DNA from: Gekko japonicus
Lineage: Eukaryota
Reading direction: 5' to 3'
Assembly (NCBI RefSeq): GCF_001447785.1
Contig: NW_015170283.1
Location: forward strand, 1,115,006 to 1,179,005
DNA length: 64,000 nt
Below, piece after piece: positions 13,036 through 24,602 of the stretch (positions within the stretch are counted from its first letter, which is position 1; each line of letters begins with the position of its first letter). The notes beneath the pieces are model-generated. The model ran no database searches. It saw only the letters and a program-made list of their open reading frames with translations, and had not been told where the DNA came from. The translations under genes and the position numbers were made by a program.

Positions 13036-14393
13036 AAAAGAGTTTCCAGTGTTTCCTAGAGCTACTTGCCATCACATACGGGTTTTCCCTGGAAGTAATG
13101 TAACAGCACACATGATACTGGTGTAAACCCCAACTGTTGCTTGGAGTAGCAGCAGGCTACCTGGAATGGGGAAGCCTAGTGGGAGCCGATTGCCAGATTT
13201 CCTCAGTGTAGTAGCAAACAGCTTGTGCTGCAGATTTTTTGCCCAGCATGATCAAGCAGGGTATGTTTGCTTTCAAAATTTTCTTTTCCTTTTTTGAATG
13301 CTTCTCATTCTGTGAGACAATTTTGTTTTTATGGTTCCCCCCCCTTTATTTTTTAAGGTGTGAAAAAAGATGCAAGGGAATAAACTACAACACCCATGGT
13401 GCTTTGTTACTGAGCCATACAGATCAATAGCCATTACTATTCTAAGGAATACAGAAATGAATTGCGAACAGTAGGATTTTTAAAAAAGAAGAATACAGCA
13501 CTGCTTTGCCAATAGTTTACATACTTGATGATTGATTTAATTCGGGTTGCAGAGCAAAGTGACATGTAGCCGTGACTTTGGGGAGGGGAAGTGAGCTCAA
13601 CTGGGATAATTGGCTGCTGCTGCTCAAGGTGGTGGAAGGAAACAAAATGTTTAAAAATGGCAATGTTGACTGCATTGCTATGTCATTTCTGGGGGAAATT
13701 CAGAAATGATGTAGAGTAGCTGTAGGAATTACCTGCAACTCTATGGTTTTAGAGTTTCTGACAATTCATAGAGCTACCCTACATCACTTCCAGGTTTTCC
13801 ATGGAAGTGATGTAGAGACACAGTCAACATCATGTTGCTCACATTCCTGCCCCCATCCCTCCCACCAGTTGCCAGATTCAGTTTGCAACCCTACCTGTGT
13901 GACAACACCCATGCATGGAAGCTGATAATGCTGTACTGTGTTCTGTACAGAAACCCTTTCAACACCCTCAAAAGAGATCTGAGCAATGAGAAATCAGCTG
14001 CCAATCAGGAAGTAATCCAGACCAGTTTGTGTTCAAGAATCCCTCTAAGAAACACACTTCTGCCTGTAATGTTTTTCAGTACAATCCTAAAGAGAGTTGT
14101 ATTCTTCTAATCCCATTTATTTTAATGTGCTTTGAAGGGTGTAACTTTATAGGATCACATTATTTGTCTCTCAACCCATTTAGATTTGCTGGGATTATTT
14201 CTCTCACACAAGGGACCCAGCCTTCCAACTGTCAGGCAGGTGGAAGAAAGTTCCTGATTTTGAGGTAATTCATGCTGTGGTCACACTGGAGGCTTAGTGC
14301 GATCTGGCAGCGCCTCTGTTTCCGGCAGTATAAATAGTCGTGGGAAGGGGTGACCAGACAGCACACCCTGAGGCGGCCTTACTGCATGCTTAC

Positions 14394-14545
14394 CCCATGG
14401 TCAACTGTTCAGATTATTGCAGCAGGGCAACCACGGAGTAGGTGGTCAAGTGGATTCTTTTCTTATTTTGTCTTTTGCATATGCGCATAACTGCTTATTT
14501 GAAGCACTGCTCCATTTTGACAGCTGGAGGAGGCTGCCTCCCCCT
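14394..14545 (-). other. Candidate host exon (5' UTR plus start codon ATG GG)
   Basis: Acceptor GTCTTTTTCAG| at 14546; donor |GTAAGC at 14393; ends with Kozak-like ACCATGGG; lies in unique sequence. The gene is not identifiable. Confidence 0.35.
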
Positions 14546-15319
14546 CTGAAAAAGACATATATTTTCAATTAATCCCTTCCCCACCTGTGTGATGCAAAGC
14601 TGTAGGCAGAGGAACCAGCACGAAAAAAGACAAAGGAAGCTTCTCATCCTGCCCGTCCCTCCCCCACTTCTTGCCTCAGAGGACAGCTTGCTGGTGTGCA
14701 TGAAGATGTGGTTATGTGCACATCGCTGACTGACTAAAAACACCAAGGGGAGAAAATGGAAGAGCAATGAGACTTCCCAACTGGGTTGAGGGAAGTTCCG
14801 ACATCCAGAAATGCAGGGTGAAAGCGCTGATATCCATAAACACTGGACTTTCCCTGGTGCCTGATTAGTCTGCTTCCAAAGCAAGGCATAATGGGGTGGC
14901 AGCGACTGGGGCACAAAGGCAGATGTTGCTGTCTGATGGTGCTCTTTAAATCTGCAAAAGTACCACAACGATATCGGTGCAAACTGTTCGTGTGACCGCA
15001 GCCTCAGATTCACATTTACAAGCTAAGGCTCAGTTCAGACATCAACTTGAACCCAATAGAGCTTTTCCATGGGCAAAAAGTTTTTTTTCTTTCTTGTCCC
15101 TGCCATCCTGGAGCAGCATCGGGAGGGGGATTTTGGGCTGTAATGGAAGGGGAAGGAGGAGGGGAGAAATGCATGCTCTGCAGGCGGAAATCCCTCTGCC
15201 TATAGAAACATTCCATTGGATCCAAGCCATTGAGCAAAAACATAGTTCAATTAATCCAGCTGTGGTTGCTGTGCCAGTAGCTGTGTTAGTCTGTTGTACC
15301 AAAATTAAACAGAAGTCTT

Positions 15320-15812
15320 TTGCTGTTGTTGTTCAGTTGCACAGTTGAGTCTGACTCTTCGTGACCCCATGGACCACATCACGCCAGGCCCTCGTGTCTT
15401 CCACCGTCCTCCAAAGTTTGCTCAATTTCATGTTCGTTGCATCGATAATACTATCTAACCATCTCATCCTTTGCGGCCCCCTTCTTCTTTTACCTTCGAT
15501 AATTCCCAACATCAGGGTCTTCTTCTCCAGTGAGTGCTCCCTTCCCATTTGGTGACCAAAGTATTTGAGATTCGACTTTAATATCTGGCCTTCTAGGGAA
15601 CAGTCAGGGTTGATTTCATTTAGGATTGACTGATTTGAACTCCTTGCAGTCCAAGGGACTCTCAAGAGTCTTCTCCAGCACCATAGTTCAAAAGCATCTA
15701 TTCTTCGGCACTCGGCCTTCCTTATGGTCCAAAACTCAGACAAAATGCAATCCACTGGAGAAGGAAATGGCAACCCACTCCAATATCTTTGCCAAGAAAA
15801 CCCCATGGACAG
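15320..15812 (-). mobile_element. BovB (RTE clade) LINE 3' fragment
   Basis: RRIDAFELWCWRRLLRVPWTAR.SNQSIL..LKYFGH..EGKRRRG.QRMRWLD..VHGVTKS; (CAA)n tail; Bov-A-like GGAGAAGGAAATGGCAACCCACTCC segment. Confidence 0.92.
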
Positions 15813-15824
15813 TAACAAAAACAC

Positions 15825-15900
15825 TAGTCTAGTGGCACTTTGAATACTAACAAAATTTATTCCAGCCTAAACTTTTGTGAGTTGTAGCTCACTTCATCAT
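15825..15900 (-). mobile_element. Degenerate Penelope pLTR fragment
   Basis: Reverse complement resembles the pLTR at 47240-47340 (GTGAG..GCTCACTTCATCA hammerhead remnant). Confidence 0.5.
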
Positions 15901-17252
15901 AAGTGAACTGGCAATGGTTGCCAGAATGCTGGCCACTCTACTAATTATGATAAGCTAGGGTCTATCAAGCCAGGATCTCCATTAATTAAGATTAGCTAGG
16001 GTCTATCAAATCAGGATATGAAGTGTGTTTATTAACCACAGTTAGTCTTAACTAAAGTTTCTTGCGATTTCTGAATGCAGATATCTTGGTTTCATCCTGG
16101 CTTGTTCTGTTTTGAAAGCCCTCCCAGGTTATGGAGGTCAGAAAATGAAACTAGTATTTTTCTTAGGGAAACCAGGGTATGAGTGATCGTCTGTGAGCTA
16201 AATGAAAGCTGTGTAGGTAAAATACTAACTGGTTCAGTAACCAGGTTCCCTTCTAGTGTTACAGTGTCACTAAGGGGTATTTTCCCTAACCCAATAGGAA
16301 ACATGCTCCATTTGCCATTTAATTTAAACCATTTACATTCAGATCTTATCATTTTAGCTGCACACCTTTTACTGTATTCACAAATTGCAGTACCCAGTCT
16401 TGCACCCTGAATTCTTTTAAACTTGCTTACAGCACCATATTCATTCAAAGTATCCATTAACTATCAGTAATTTCAGGATGAATCCCACTCAGCATAACTG
16501 AGCATTCTGGGTCAAACGGATCCATTGCTATCACAGAAATGTGTTTGTATAATTTTTAAAGCAACTTCACTAAGCTGATACTTGCAGTATCAATATGCCA
16601 CAAGATGGTGCTCTCCCTGTTCTGGGCCAATTTTCCCCCCATGTGTAACCCTTTCTAATGGGGGTGGAGATTCAGATCAATAACTGAGAGCATCCTTATG
16701 GCCTGACAAATATGAAATTGCTTCAGAAGTATAGGAAAAAACATTCAAGGTGTTAAATAGTTTTCAATATAACAAATATTTATAATAAATTTAGCAATTT
16801 TACAATTAAAGATAAAACTGAGTGGTAATGTCTATAAACATAGCATTTGAAGAGACAGGCTCTTCAGTGCCCTTCAGGAAGAGCACTCAGAACAAAGGCA
16901 AATTTTAGCAAACAGCATCCATTAACACAAGGAAGAAGAGAAAGTCCAAAATCTTCACTTGGAGGGCTGCTTCTTCCCCATATGCTCTTCAGTGGAACTT
17001 GCTACTCCTGCTGCTGCTCTGGAATCCTTTCTCTGGCTTGGGCCTGCAAAGGAATTAGCAGTTTCCCTCAGTTAAGCTCTGGCCTTCTCTCTCCTGCTGC
17101 AGGCCAGACTGACTCAGTCAAGGAGAAAGAGTTTTAACCATATGTTTAATCACAACTCAGCTTGAAAAACCCTTTCTTTATAACAACTCCTAAAGGGGAA
17201 ATTCTAGGATGCAATTTCTCCCTGGTTGTTGGGCCTATCACATAATCTGCAA

Positions 17253-18228
17253 GGGGGCGTGGCGACTCTGAAGATAATGGTGGTCATCTAATCTTCTGGC
17301 TCTGCTTCCCTTCCCTCTAATAAAGCTCCTACAGACCAAAAACAAAGACTATAATATCCCCGGTATGGGCAGAAATAACGACAATAATACCGGCAATAAT
17401 TCTACTATCGTCAAAATACCAAGTAAGTCTCCCAAAGACTTTTTTCAACCATGCAATAGTCGGCCGGAGCACAAGCATTTTGGCGCCGAAAAAACGGACA
17501 TGGCGGCCGATCTTTTTCTGGCACATGCTGTAGAATCGGCATTAAGTAAACAAGACCTGCCTAATCTACTAGAACAGATGGAACGTAGGCTTACCAACCA
17601 TCTGATGAGATCACTGCAGCCGGTTCGGGAACAATTATCGGAAATACAAGCTTCCCTGACACAGAAATCTCAGAAAGCAGAGTCTGCTCTCAATATGGGA
17701 CTACTCCTGAAGGATGGCATCAAAGACATCTAGGCAAGAGAAATAGTTTTTAGAGATTGTTTGCTCACCTTTGGAGGCCAAGTAAGATACCTCAACTTGA
17801 AAATTAGGGGGATCTCAGAAGGGGAGGAAGGAAANNNNNNNNNNNNNNNNNNNNNNNNNNNNNNNNNNNNNNNNNNNNNNNNNNNNNNNNNNNNNNNNNN
17901 NNNNNNNNNNNNNNNNNNNNNNNNNNNNNNNNNNNNNNNNNNNNNNNNNNNNNNNNNNNNNNNNNNNNNNNNNNNNNTAAAGCTTGAGACAGTCGTACAA
18001 ATCACTATGGTCAAGTAAAGAATGAAATCAGTATAACATGGGGACATAGAATGACACCCTCCCGTGATAATATTACACTTTGTGGGATCCTAGAAATTCA
18101 CTTCCAATCATCTCCAACATTATTGACAAATTTGGGATCGTATTTGGATTACAGCTGAACTCACAGAAACCTGAAATGTACCCAATCACCATATAAAAAA
18201 TGACGAGAGAAGAGTTGACTACTTCCTT
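17253..18228 (+). mobile_element. L1 LINE: 5' end, ORF1 and (after the gap) part of ORF2 RT; host of the YR elements
   Basis: GGGGGCGTGGC 5' start; ORF1 coiled coil then NLKIRGISEGEEG; after the gap DPRNSLPIISNIIDKFGIVFGLQLNSQK (RT). Confidence 0.8.
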
Positions 18229-18280
18229 TGCCCCCCCAGATGGAAGAAATAGACAACAAGGTTGGATGAAATAAGGCCAC

Positions 18281-18286
18281 TTTATT
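18281..18286 (-). promoter_or_regulatory. Polyadenylation signal of YR element #1
   Basis: AATAAA on the minus strand ~55 nt from the element end, followed by a GU/U-rich tract. Confidence 0.6.
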
Positions 18287-18688
18287 AAAATATTAACTTA
18301 ACGGCAAAGGGCAAATATGGAAACAGCGGCACGGCAAGGCCTGGTGTCGATTTGACTCCCATTCTTAAACTGTATAAACGGCAAGACACCACGGCCCTAG
18401 GTTGGAGCCAACCATGAGTTGCTTACAAATCCAGTCGAGCCAAGATTGGGATGCACCTTCAGGAGCCCTCAAACACCACCGCACGGCCAGTGCTGAGTCT
18501 CCGTTGTGACCATCCCCATAGGCAGACTGCAAGCCTCCTCCGAGGTAGCACGGCTACAGGGTTGAACCCGCAGACCCCTCTACCCCCCACCAGGGGTTAT
18601 TAATTGGTGCTTGCTAGCCGCTGAACTTTATTTAAACCTAATTCTGCCACCGCAAGGGTCAAGCCTCTGCTTAGGCCCCTGCGCCCAC

Positions 18689-19269
18689 TCAAACACCTAA
18701 AATTAGCTTAATCCCTTGCCACAAATCCTGAAGGAAGATGTCATTTCCCTTCTCGGAAAGGTGCACGCCATCCTCTCTGTACAGGTCCGGAAAATCAAGC
18801 TGAATCTGGGGGTGAGGCAAGTAGTGGCCCAATCCAACCTTTAACATTTAATAAAACTCCCCATTGGCCCTACGCCGAGCCCTTTCGATCCCCCTGGGGT
18901 CCCAAGCGCTACGCCATACCCGGCGCGGAATCATGGCCGACCACACAATTACTGTGTCTGGCCATTGGCGCTTAATGCACTCCAGGTCATCCCTGGCTTG
19001 CCACACAAGGGCCTTCCCCTTCAGAAATCCCAAATCTTTACCTCCCAGGTGGATAACCAACACATCTGGCGGCAAGGCTGAACTGGCCTTAAACAAAAGA
19101 CGGAGGAGGCCCGGCCAATGAAGGCCCTGACGCCCCCTCCACTCAGCCATAGCCCACTGGCTGAGGCCCAGTTGCGAGCCAATGGCCGATCGATTGGCCC
19201 GATGAGCCACCCAGAAGATGTAGCTGTGTCCGGAGATGAGAATCCGTCTCCTGCCACAAAACACAGCTC
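18689..19269 (-). pseudogene. SGNH/GDSL hydrolase ORF of element #1 (one frameshift near 18848)
   Basis: ILISGHS (block I), VIHLGGKD (block III), LYREDGVHLSEKGN (block V); stop at 18689-18691. Confidence 0.85.
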
Positions 19270-19331
19270 CTAGGAAGAAACGACAATGAACTCCAGAACC
19301 CAACAGCATGAATAGCATTGCAAACAGTAAC

Positions 19332-20249
19332 TTATACTAAAGGAAGTGGGCGCACATAACGTTTGCAAGTGGCAGAGCGCCACCTGCCAACTCTCTGAAT
19401 ATCAGCAGTGGGATAGCCCAAGGCTGCCGCCGTGGATGCAGCTCCTATTCTGAAAGAGTGAGTCCCAAACTTCACTCCAGCAAGGCCTAAGAATCCCAAA
19501 GCCCGGGCCGTAACAGCCCAAAACTGGTGCTTTGTCAGTGGGCTACCATCTGCATGGAGAAAGAGGTATCCGTCCGCATTGCCCCTGAAAACCCTGTACT
19601 GAGACAAAGCCAATACAGGGCATAGCTCAGAGTCGGAACAGACACCCAACTTGACCACTGACCCTTTATGCCGCTGGTCAGTTTTGGAGCCCCTAATCGT
19701 GATGTGTGCCTCCTTCCCCTTAAATTGAAGGTCCCGAATGTGCAAAACCCTGCCCAACTGGTCAGTCTTGGCCATCGCTACAAGCTCGCTTACTCTATGC
19801 GCCCCGAAGAATGCCAGCAGCGAAGCCGCGTGGAACAGGCAGGCTTCCAAACCGGAACTGCACACTCTGGACCAGGTTGCCTGCAATCCCTTCAGCACTG
19901 CAGGTGAAATAGGATGCCTCTGGTCCTTTAAAACCCCTCATTCCCTTGTCCAGCCTTCCAACATCTTTCTAATCTGAAAGTCCCCAGTGACTTCCATAAA
20001 ACCCATAGCCTTGCTAGCAAATGCAAGGGCAGAAAGACGTCCCCGTATGGAGCTAACAGCCAAACCTGCATCCTTCAGATAAATGGAATAATGCATCAGC
20101 TGCTCCAATGCAATGGGCCAGACCTTGAGATAGCCCTCTAGCTTCCTAAATTCCTCGAATTGGCGAACTGACCGTTCATAGCCTCTTCGCGTGCTAGGGG
20201 CGATGGCAAGGCCTATTGCCCTGCAAGCCTCGGCCCTCCAACCTGCCAT
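19332..20249 (-). pseudogene. Tyrosine recombinase of element #1
   Basis: STRRGY..; AFFGAHRVSEL; SKTDQ; THSFRIGAAS; GRWRS..KRYVR. Interrupted near 19938; start overlaps the RNase H end. Confidence 0.92.
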
Positions 20250-21860
20250 AGCTCCGGGGGCATACTTGCCGGCTGAAGATCGGCGTCTGGAGCAAGCTGA
20301 CAAAACCTCGCCATCTGTTTGCGAGAGAGAGCGTCAGCTACCCCATTGTCCACCCCCGGCACATGCCTAGCTACAAACAGTATGTTAAACCGCAGGCATC
20401 GCAGCGTAAAGGCTCGAACCAAGCACATTACCCTTGGTGATTTAGATGTGAGGGAATTGATGACGTGTACCACTGCCAAATTATCGCACCAAAAGTGCAC
20501 CGTATGATTTGCCAACTCAGTCCCCCACAGCCAAACTGCAACTAAAATGGGGAAGAACTCCAGGTATGTCAGGTCTCTAGTAAACCCGGCAGCAATCCAG
20601 TCTTCAGGCCATTCCTCCGCACACCAGTGTCAGCGGAAATAAACCCCGAAGCCCTGGGACCCTGCGGCATCCGACATGACCTGCAGCTCTGCTTCAAGCT
20701 TTAAGTCCTCCCGCCAAAAAGAGACTCCATTAAAGGAAGTCAAAAATTCCTGCCAAACCATTAGGTCTTCCCTCATTGCACCGTTAATACACACCTTGTG
20801 ATGCAGCCACTGAAGCCCAGACATGGCATCACACAGCCTGTGCAAGAAGGCCCTACCAGGGGCAACCACTTTGCATGTGAAGTTAAGGTGCCCCGTCAGT
20901 TGCTGGATTTCTCTCAGTGTGGCCTTTCCTCGTGACAAGAATTCGAAAATGCGATCCCTCAGGGCAGTGATTTTGTCCCTGGGCAGTCGGGATGTCTGGG
21001 CCACTGTATCCAGTTCAACACCCAGAAAATCCAACTTCTGTGCTGGACCTTCAGTCTTTTCATGGGCCAGAGGAACCCCCAGCTCCAAGGCCAAATTCTG
21101 AAACTCTTGAAGGAGCAGGGCACATTTATTTGTTCCATGAGGTCCCACAAAAAGGAAATCATCTAAATAGTGTGCAACATCCTGAAGGCCCATCTTAGCT
21201 CGTAAAGCCCATTCCAGGAATGAACTAAAGCGCTCAAATGCAGCGCATGACACAGAACATCCCATGGGTAATGCCCTGTCCATGAAGAACTGGCCACCAA
21301 AAGAGAATCCCAGCAGCTCGAAATCATCTGGATGCACGGGGAGGAGGCAAAATGCTGACTTAATATCGCACTTCGCCAACTCTGCCCCCCGACCACAGCG
21401 CTGCACAATCCGTACTGCCTGGTCAAAGGAGGTGTACCTCACTGTGCACAGATTATCAGGAATGGCATCATTAACTGAATCACCTCACGGATATGAAAGG
21501 TGGTGAATTAAACGAAATTCACCAGCTGCCTTTTTAGGCACAATCCCCAGAGGTGAAACTCTCAAATTAGGGATCGGTGGTGAAGAAAATGGGCCCAGAT
21601 CACAGCCCTCCTCCAGTTCCTTGGCAATCTTTTCCCTCACCACCGACTCCATGCCCTTGACTGATTTAAGATTAGAGGCCATAAACGGGGCCCTAACTCC
21701 TTGAAAGGGTATATGAAAACCGAACGTGAATCCCTCTAACAAGTAAACTCTGTCCTCCTCTTTAGGGTACCCCCGTAGCCAGGCTTCAAGTGCCGTCAGG
21801 CGTATTGGACTGGGGCCCTTTACCAGTGGAAGAGGAGGAACCACCCCCTCCCCTCTGCCT
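20213..21860 (-). pseudogene. RT/RNase H (pol) of element #1
   Basis: SPLGIVPKK..FRLIHHLS; AKCDIKSAF; LPMGCSVS; HYLDDFLF; SDAAGSQGFG; FWCDN; HVPGVDNGVADALSR. Confidence 0.93.
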
Positions 21861-23190
21861 CTGACTCCTGCGAGTCCTTCTTCGTGGACAAGAAGGAAAG
21901 GAGTGGGGTCCTCCACATGCTGGGCATTCATGCCAGAATGTGCATGACTTCCTATCACATACCCCCCGGGACCCAAAATCCCAACAGAGCAAGCAGGGTT
22001 GAACCACCTGTCCCGTGACACCACAGGAAGTATTAGCCCCCTGCACACGCTGCATGATATGCCCACTATGCGAGCGTTCAACAGCAGATAAATTGAGCGT
22101 GGACATAATCTGAAGCCACAGATGAGGATGCATTCTATCCCATGGAAGCATGGGATTCATAGCAGCCCTCATCCGGAACTCCTCGTCATATTCCAGCCAT
22201 GCTGGGCCCGGGAAGCTCGTATAGGCCTTATAAATTATGTCCAGATATTGGAACAGCGCCGGGGACCTCAAAGGCTGAGACCTAGACAACAGGCCAGCGT
22301 AAATTAAATATCCTGCCAGCCAGTTGGCCCAAGTCCTATCCACCTTCTTTCTTCTCAATATCTCCTTTTCCTTGTCGTCCATCTCCTCTTTATCCTTCTT
22401 CTCTAAATCCCGGTAGAGAAGGCTAAAGATGTCAATGAATTCACCCTTACAATTTTTTTCCTTTGTTGCGGGTAAAAGGTGATCGCCCAAAGGCAAGGCA
22501 GTATCCCCGAAAGGCATTGCTGATGCTGACGCAGCATTGTAAGGGTTCACCCAAGGGGGGGGTACACCCTAGACTACCCCAAGGACCAGCCTGAACTGGA
22601 CCCCAAGGGGACTGTATAGCCTGAGAAGGAGGGCCCCAAGCTCATGGTTCAGTAGTGTCACCAGAGCTTTTAATTGCGTTGGTCTGCGAGGCAGACGACA
22701 CCCCCGAGCTAGCTCCCTGACCCCACGGCCCCCATGGCCACATCATACTGAGCTGTAATGCTGGATCCCACGTACCACTGGGACCCGGTTGTTCCGTCTC
22801 CACAACTTCGACTGGCACGACATCTGCTTCAGCTGCAACTGCTCCAGACGCCCTGGAATCATTTCCAGCATCAGGCCCAACAGCAGTAGGCCTGCATTCA
22901 AATGAAGAAAGCCATTTAATGACCTCCTCTCTGAACCTCTTTCTCTCAACCCGGCACTCTTTTCTGCGATCAAAACTGACGACCGCCTGTGGAGGTGTTG
23001 TAACCGCCTCCACCCGAGCTTGCTGCAGTGCAGCCAACCTGTCTAAAATTAGTTGTTGCTCGGCCCTTTCCACCTCATCATCAGACGAGGAAGGAGCAGT
23101 GTTAGGGCCCTCAGGTGTGGGTGCAGGTGCGGGCCTTTTAGGCGCAGGCCCCTTGCCTTTCGAACGGCCCTGTCCTTTACGGGATGCCAT
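21786..23190 (-). pseudogene. gag-like ORF1 of element #1
   Basis: Basic N-terminus MASRKGQG; conserved core GD.ALPLG.HL..W..YDEEFR; C-terminal Cys/His cluster CWDF..C..C..HEC..C..H; internal stops and a frameshift. Confidence 0.8.
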
Positions 23191-24229
23191 ACCATTTACT
23201 ATGAAATGCGTAACTATCTAAAATGATAAGTGTATATGGCTGCCACACCACCCACACAAGTGGCTATCTAAGCAAACCACCTGAAATGGCCGCCACTGAA
23301 CACACACTTAAAATGGCTGACTCACCAAACTGCTCCTACCCAGCAACACAGGTGTTTATAATTCCACCAACAGAGGGGTTTACCACCAAAACCACCCGGC
23401 CGTTATGAACTGAACTGAGCGGCCTATGCCATGATGTGCACACCAACCACTTAATCCCACCACCCTTAAGAAGTCCAGGATAAGGGAACTAGGGGCCCCG
23501 GCAGCCTCACCAACTGCCTCAACTACACCCCCAAAGGCCCTTGACTGCACACACCCCGGCCGGAACGTGTCAGGGAAAGTCCCACCCCCCTGTGTGTATG
23601 TGACTTTCTTAACAAGGAGGGCTGACTGCTGCAGGCTGACAAGCCTGCGCTCAATTGCCTGCTGGGCTTGCTAACACAAGCCCAGCCCAGCAAACAACAG
23701 CCGCCGCTTCCGTGCACCACCGCCCGCTCAGGCGACCGGTGCCGGTTCTGGCTGCGACGCGGCCCTCCTCTCCTGCCGCCGATGCGGCTTGCTACTCTCG
23801 AGCCCTGACGGCGCTGGCTCCTGCCGAGACGCAGCACAGACTCCGCCTCAAAAATCGCGCCGGCCCAGCCCGACAGTTCCTGCCTCTGGAGGAGCCAAAA
23901 CGTGCAGCCGCTGCAGCACCAAGCCCCCCAACGTTGCTGAAAGCTCCCCTGTCGCTCGCTGTTGAACTAAGACCTCTCCCGCTGCCTCCGGCCTCAAGGG
24001 GAGCCCAAAGCCAGGGAACTAGCCAAGGTAGCGCTCAGAGCTCAACTCGATCCGAGCACGAGGCGACAGACTGCAAGGGGGAGAGGACAGAGCCTGCCTT
24101 TAAGAAGTGTAGGCTCTGCTCCCCCTCTTGGAATTTAGGCTGCACTGCAGCACATCCCTATGCCTCCTCACGAGGAGGCAAACGCAGCCCCCAGGAGGCA
24201 TGCCGTGGGCTGTCTTTTGCGGGGCCGGA

Positions 24230-24602
24230 TTCCTTACAAATGGATCTCTGCAGGTTGGAGACACTTGGGAATTCAGATACTGTTGGAACTTAACAAACTC
24301 TTTGACTCTAGTTTCAAAAAACTGCATACTGATATTCAAAGCCGAATCCGAGACTGGAATGCTTTAAAACTATCCTTAGCAGATTGTATGCAACTCATCC
24401 AAAGCTTTTTATTTCCTAGCTTTCTGTTCCTTTCCCGAGCACTACCTATACATATTTTGGACGCTGAAATAGTCAAATGGCAAAGCACTCTTACTAACTT
24501 TTTATGGGCCTCCAAACGTTCCAGAATTGACAGATGTCACCTCTCAAGACCAATTTTGAAAGGTGGTCTTTATTGCACCATTATCATCAGGCGGCTGTTC
24601 TT
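24230..24602 (+). mobile_element. L1 ORF2 segment between the two YR elements
   Basis: PYKW..RHLGIQI..W..LKLS..FLW.SKRSRI..KGGL then YHQAAVL; continues the RT interrupted at 18228. Confidence 0.85.

Larger units (their letters stand above)
18223..24235 (-). mobile_element. YR retrotransposon #1 (Ngaro/DIRS order, SGNH-hydrolase-bearing), degenerate full length
   Basis: gag, RT (YLDD), RNase H, tyrosine recombinase and SGNH in order. L1 ORF2 resumes on both sides; TTCCTT at both junctions. Confidence 0.93.

Noticed and set aside
22550-22775. gag as two genuinely separate ORFs in both elements
   Set aside because: The breaks are at different places and are explained by point stops (e.g. H*PWGP in #2 vs MWPWGP in #1) and a homopolymer indel, so the ancestral gag was probably continuous.
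24140-24235. HDV-like ribozyme at the 5' end of element #1
   Set aside because: A GCC-UCCUGGG-GGC P3/L3-like hairpin exists, but no consistent P1, P1.1 or J4/2 could be built.
23655-24293. 212-aa and 188-aa (29981-30547) plus-strand ORFs antisense to the YR leaders
   Set aside because: GC-rich, stop-poor sequence; not similar between the two elements, and both cross element boundaries.
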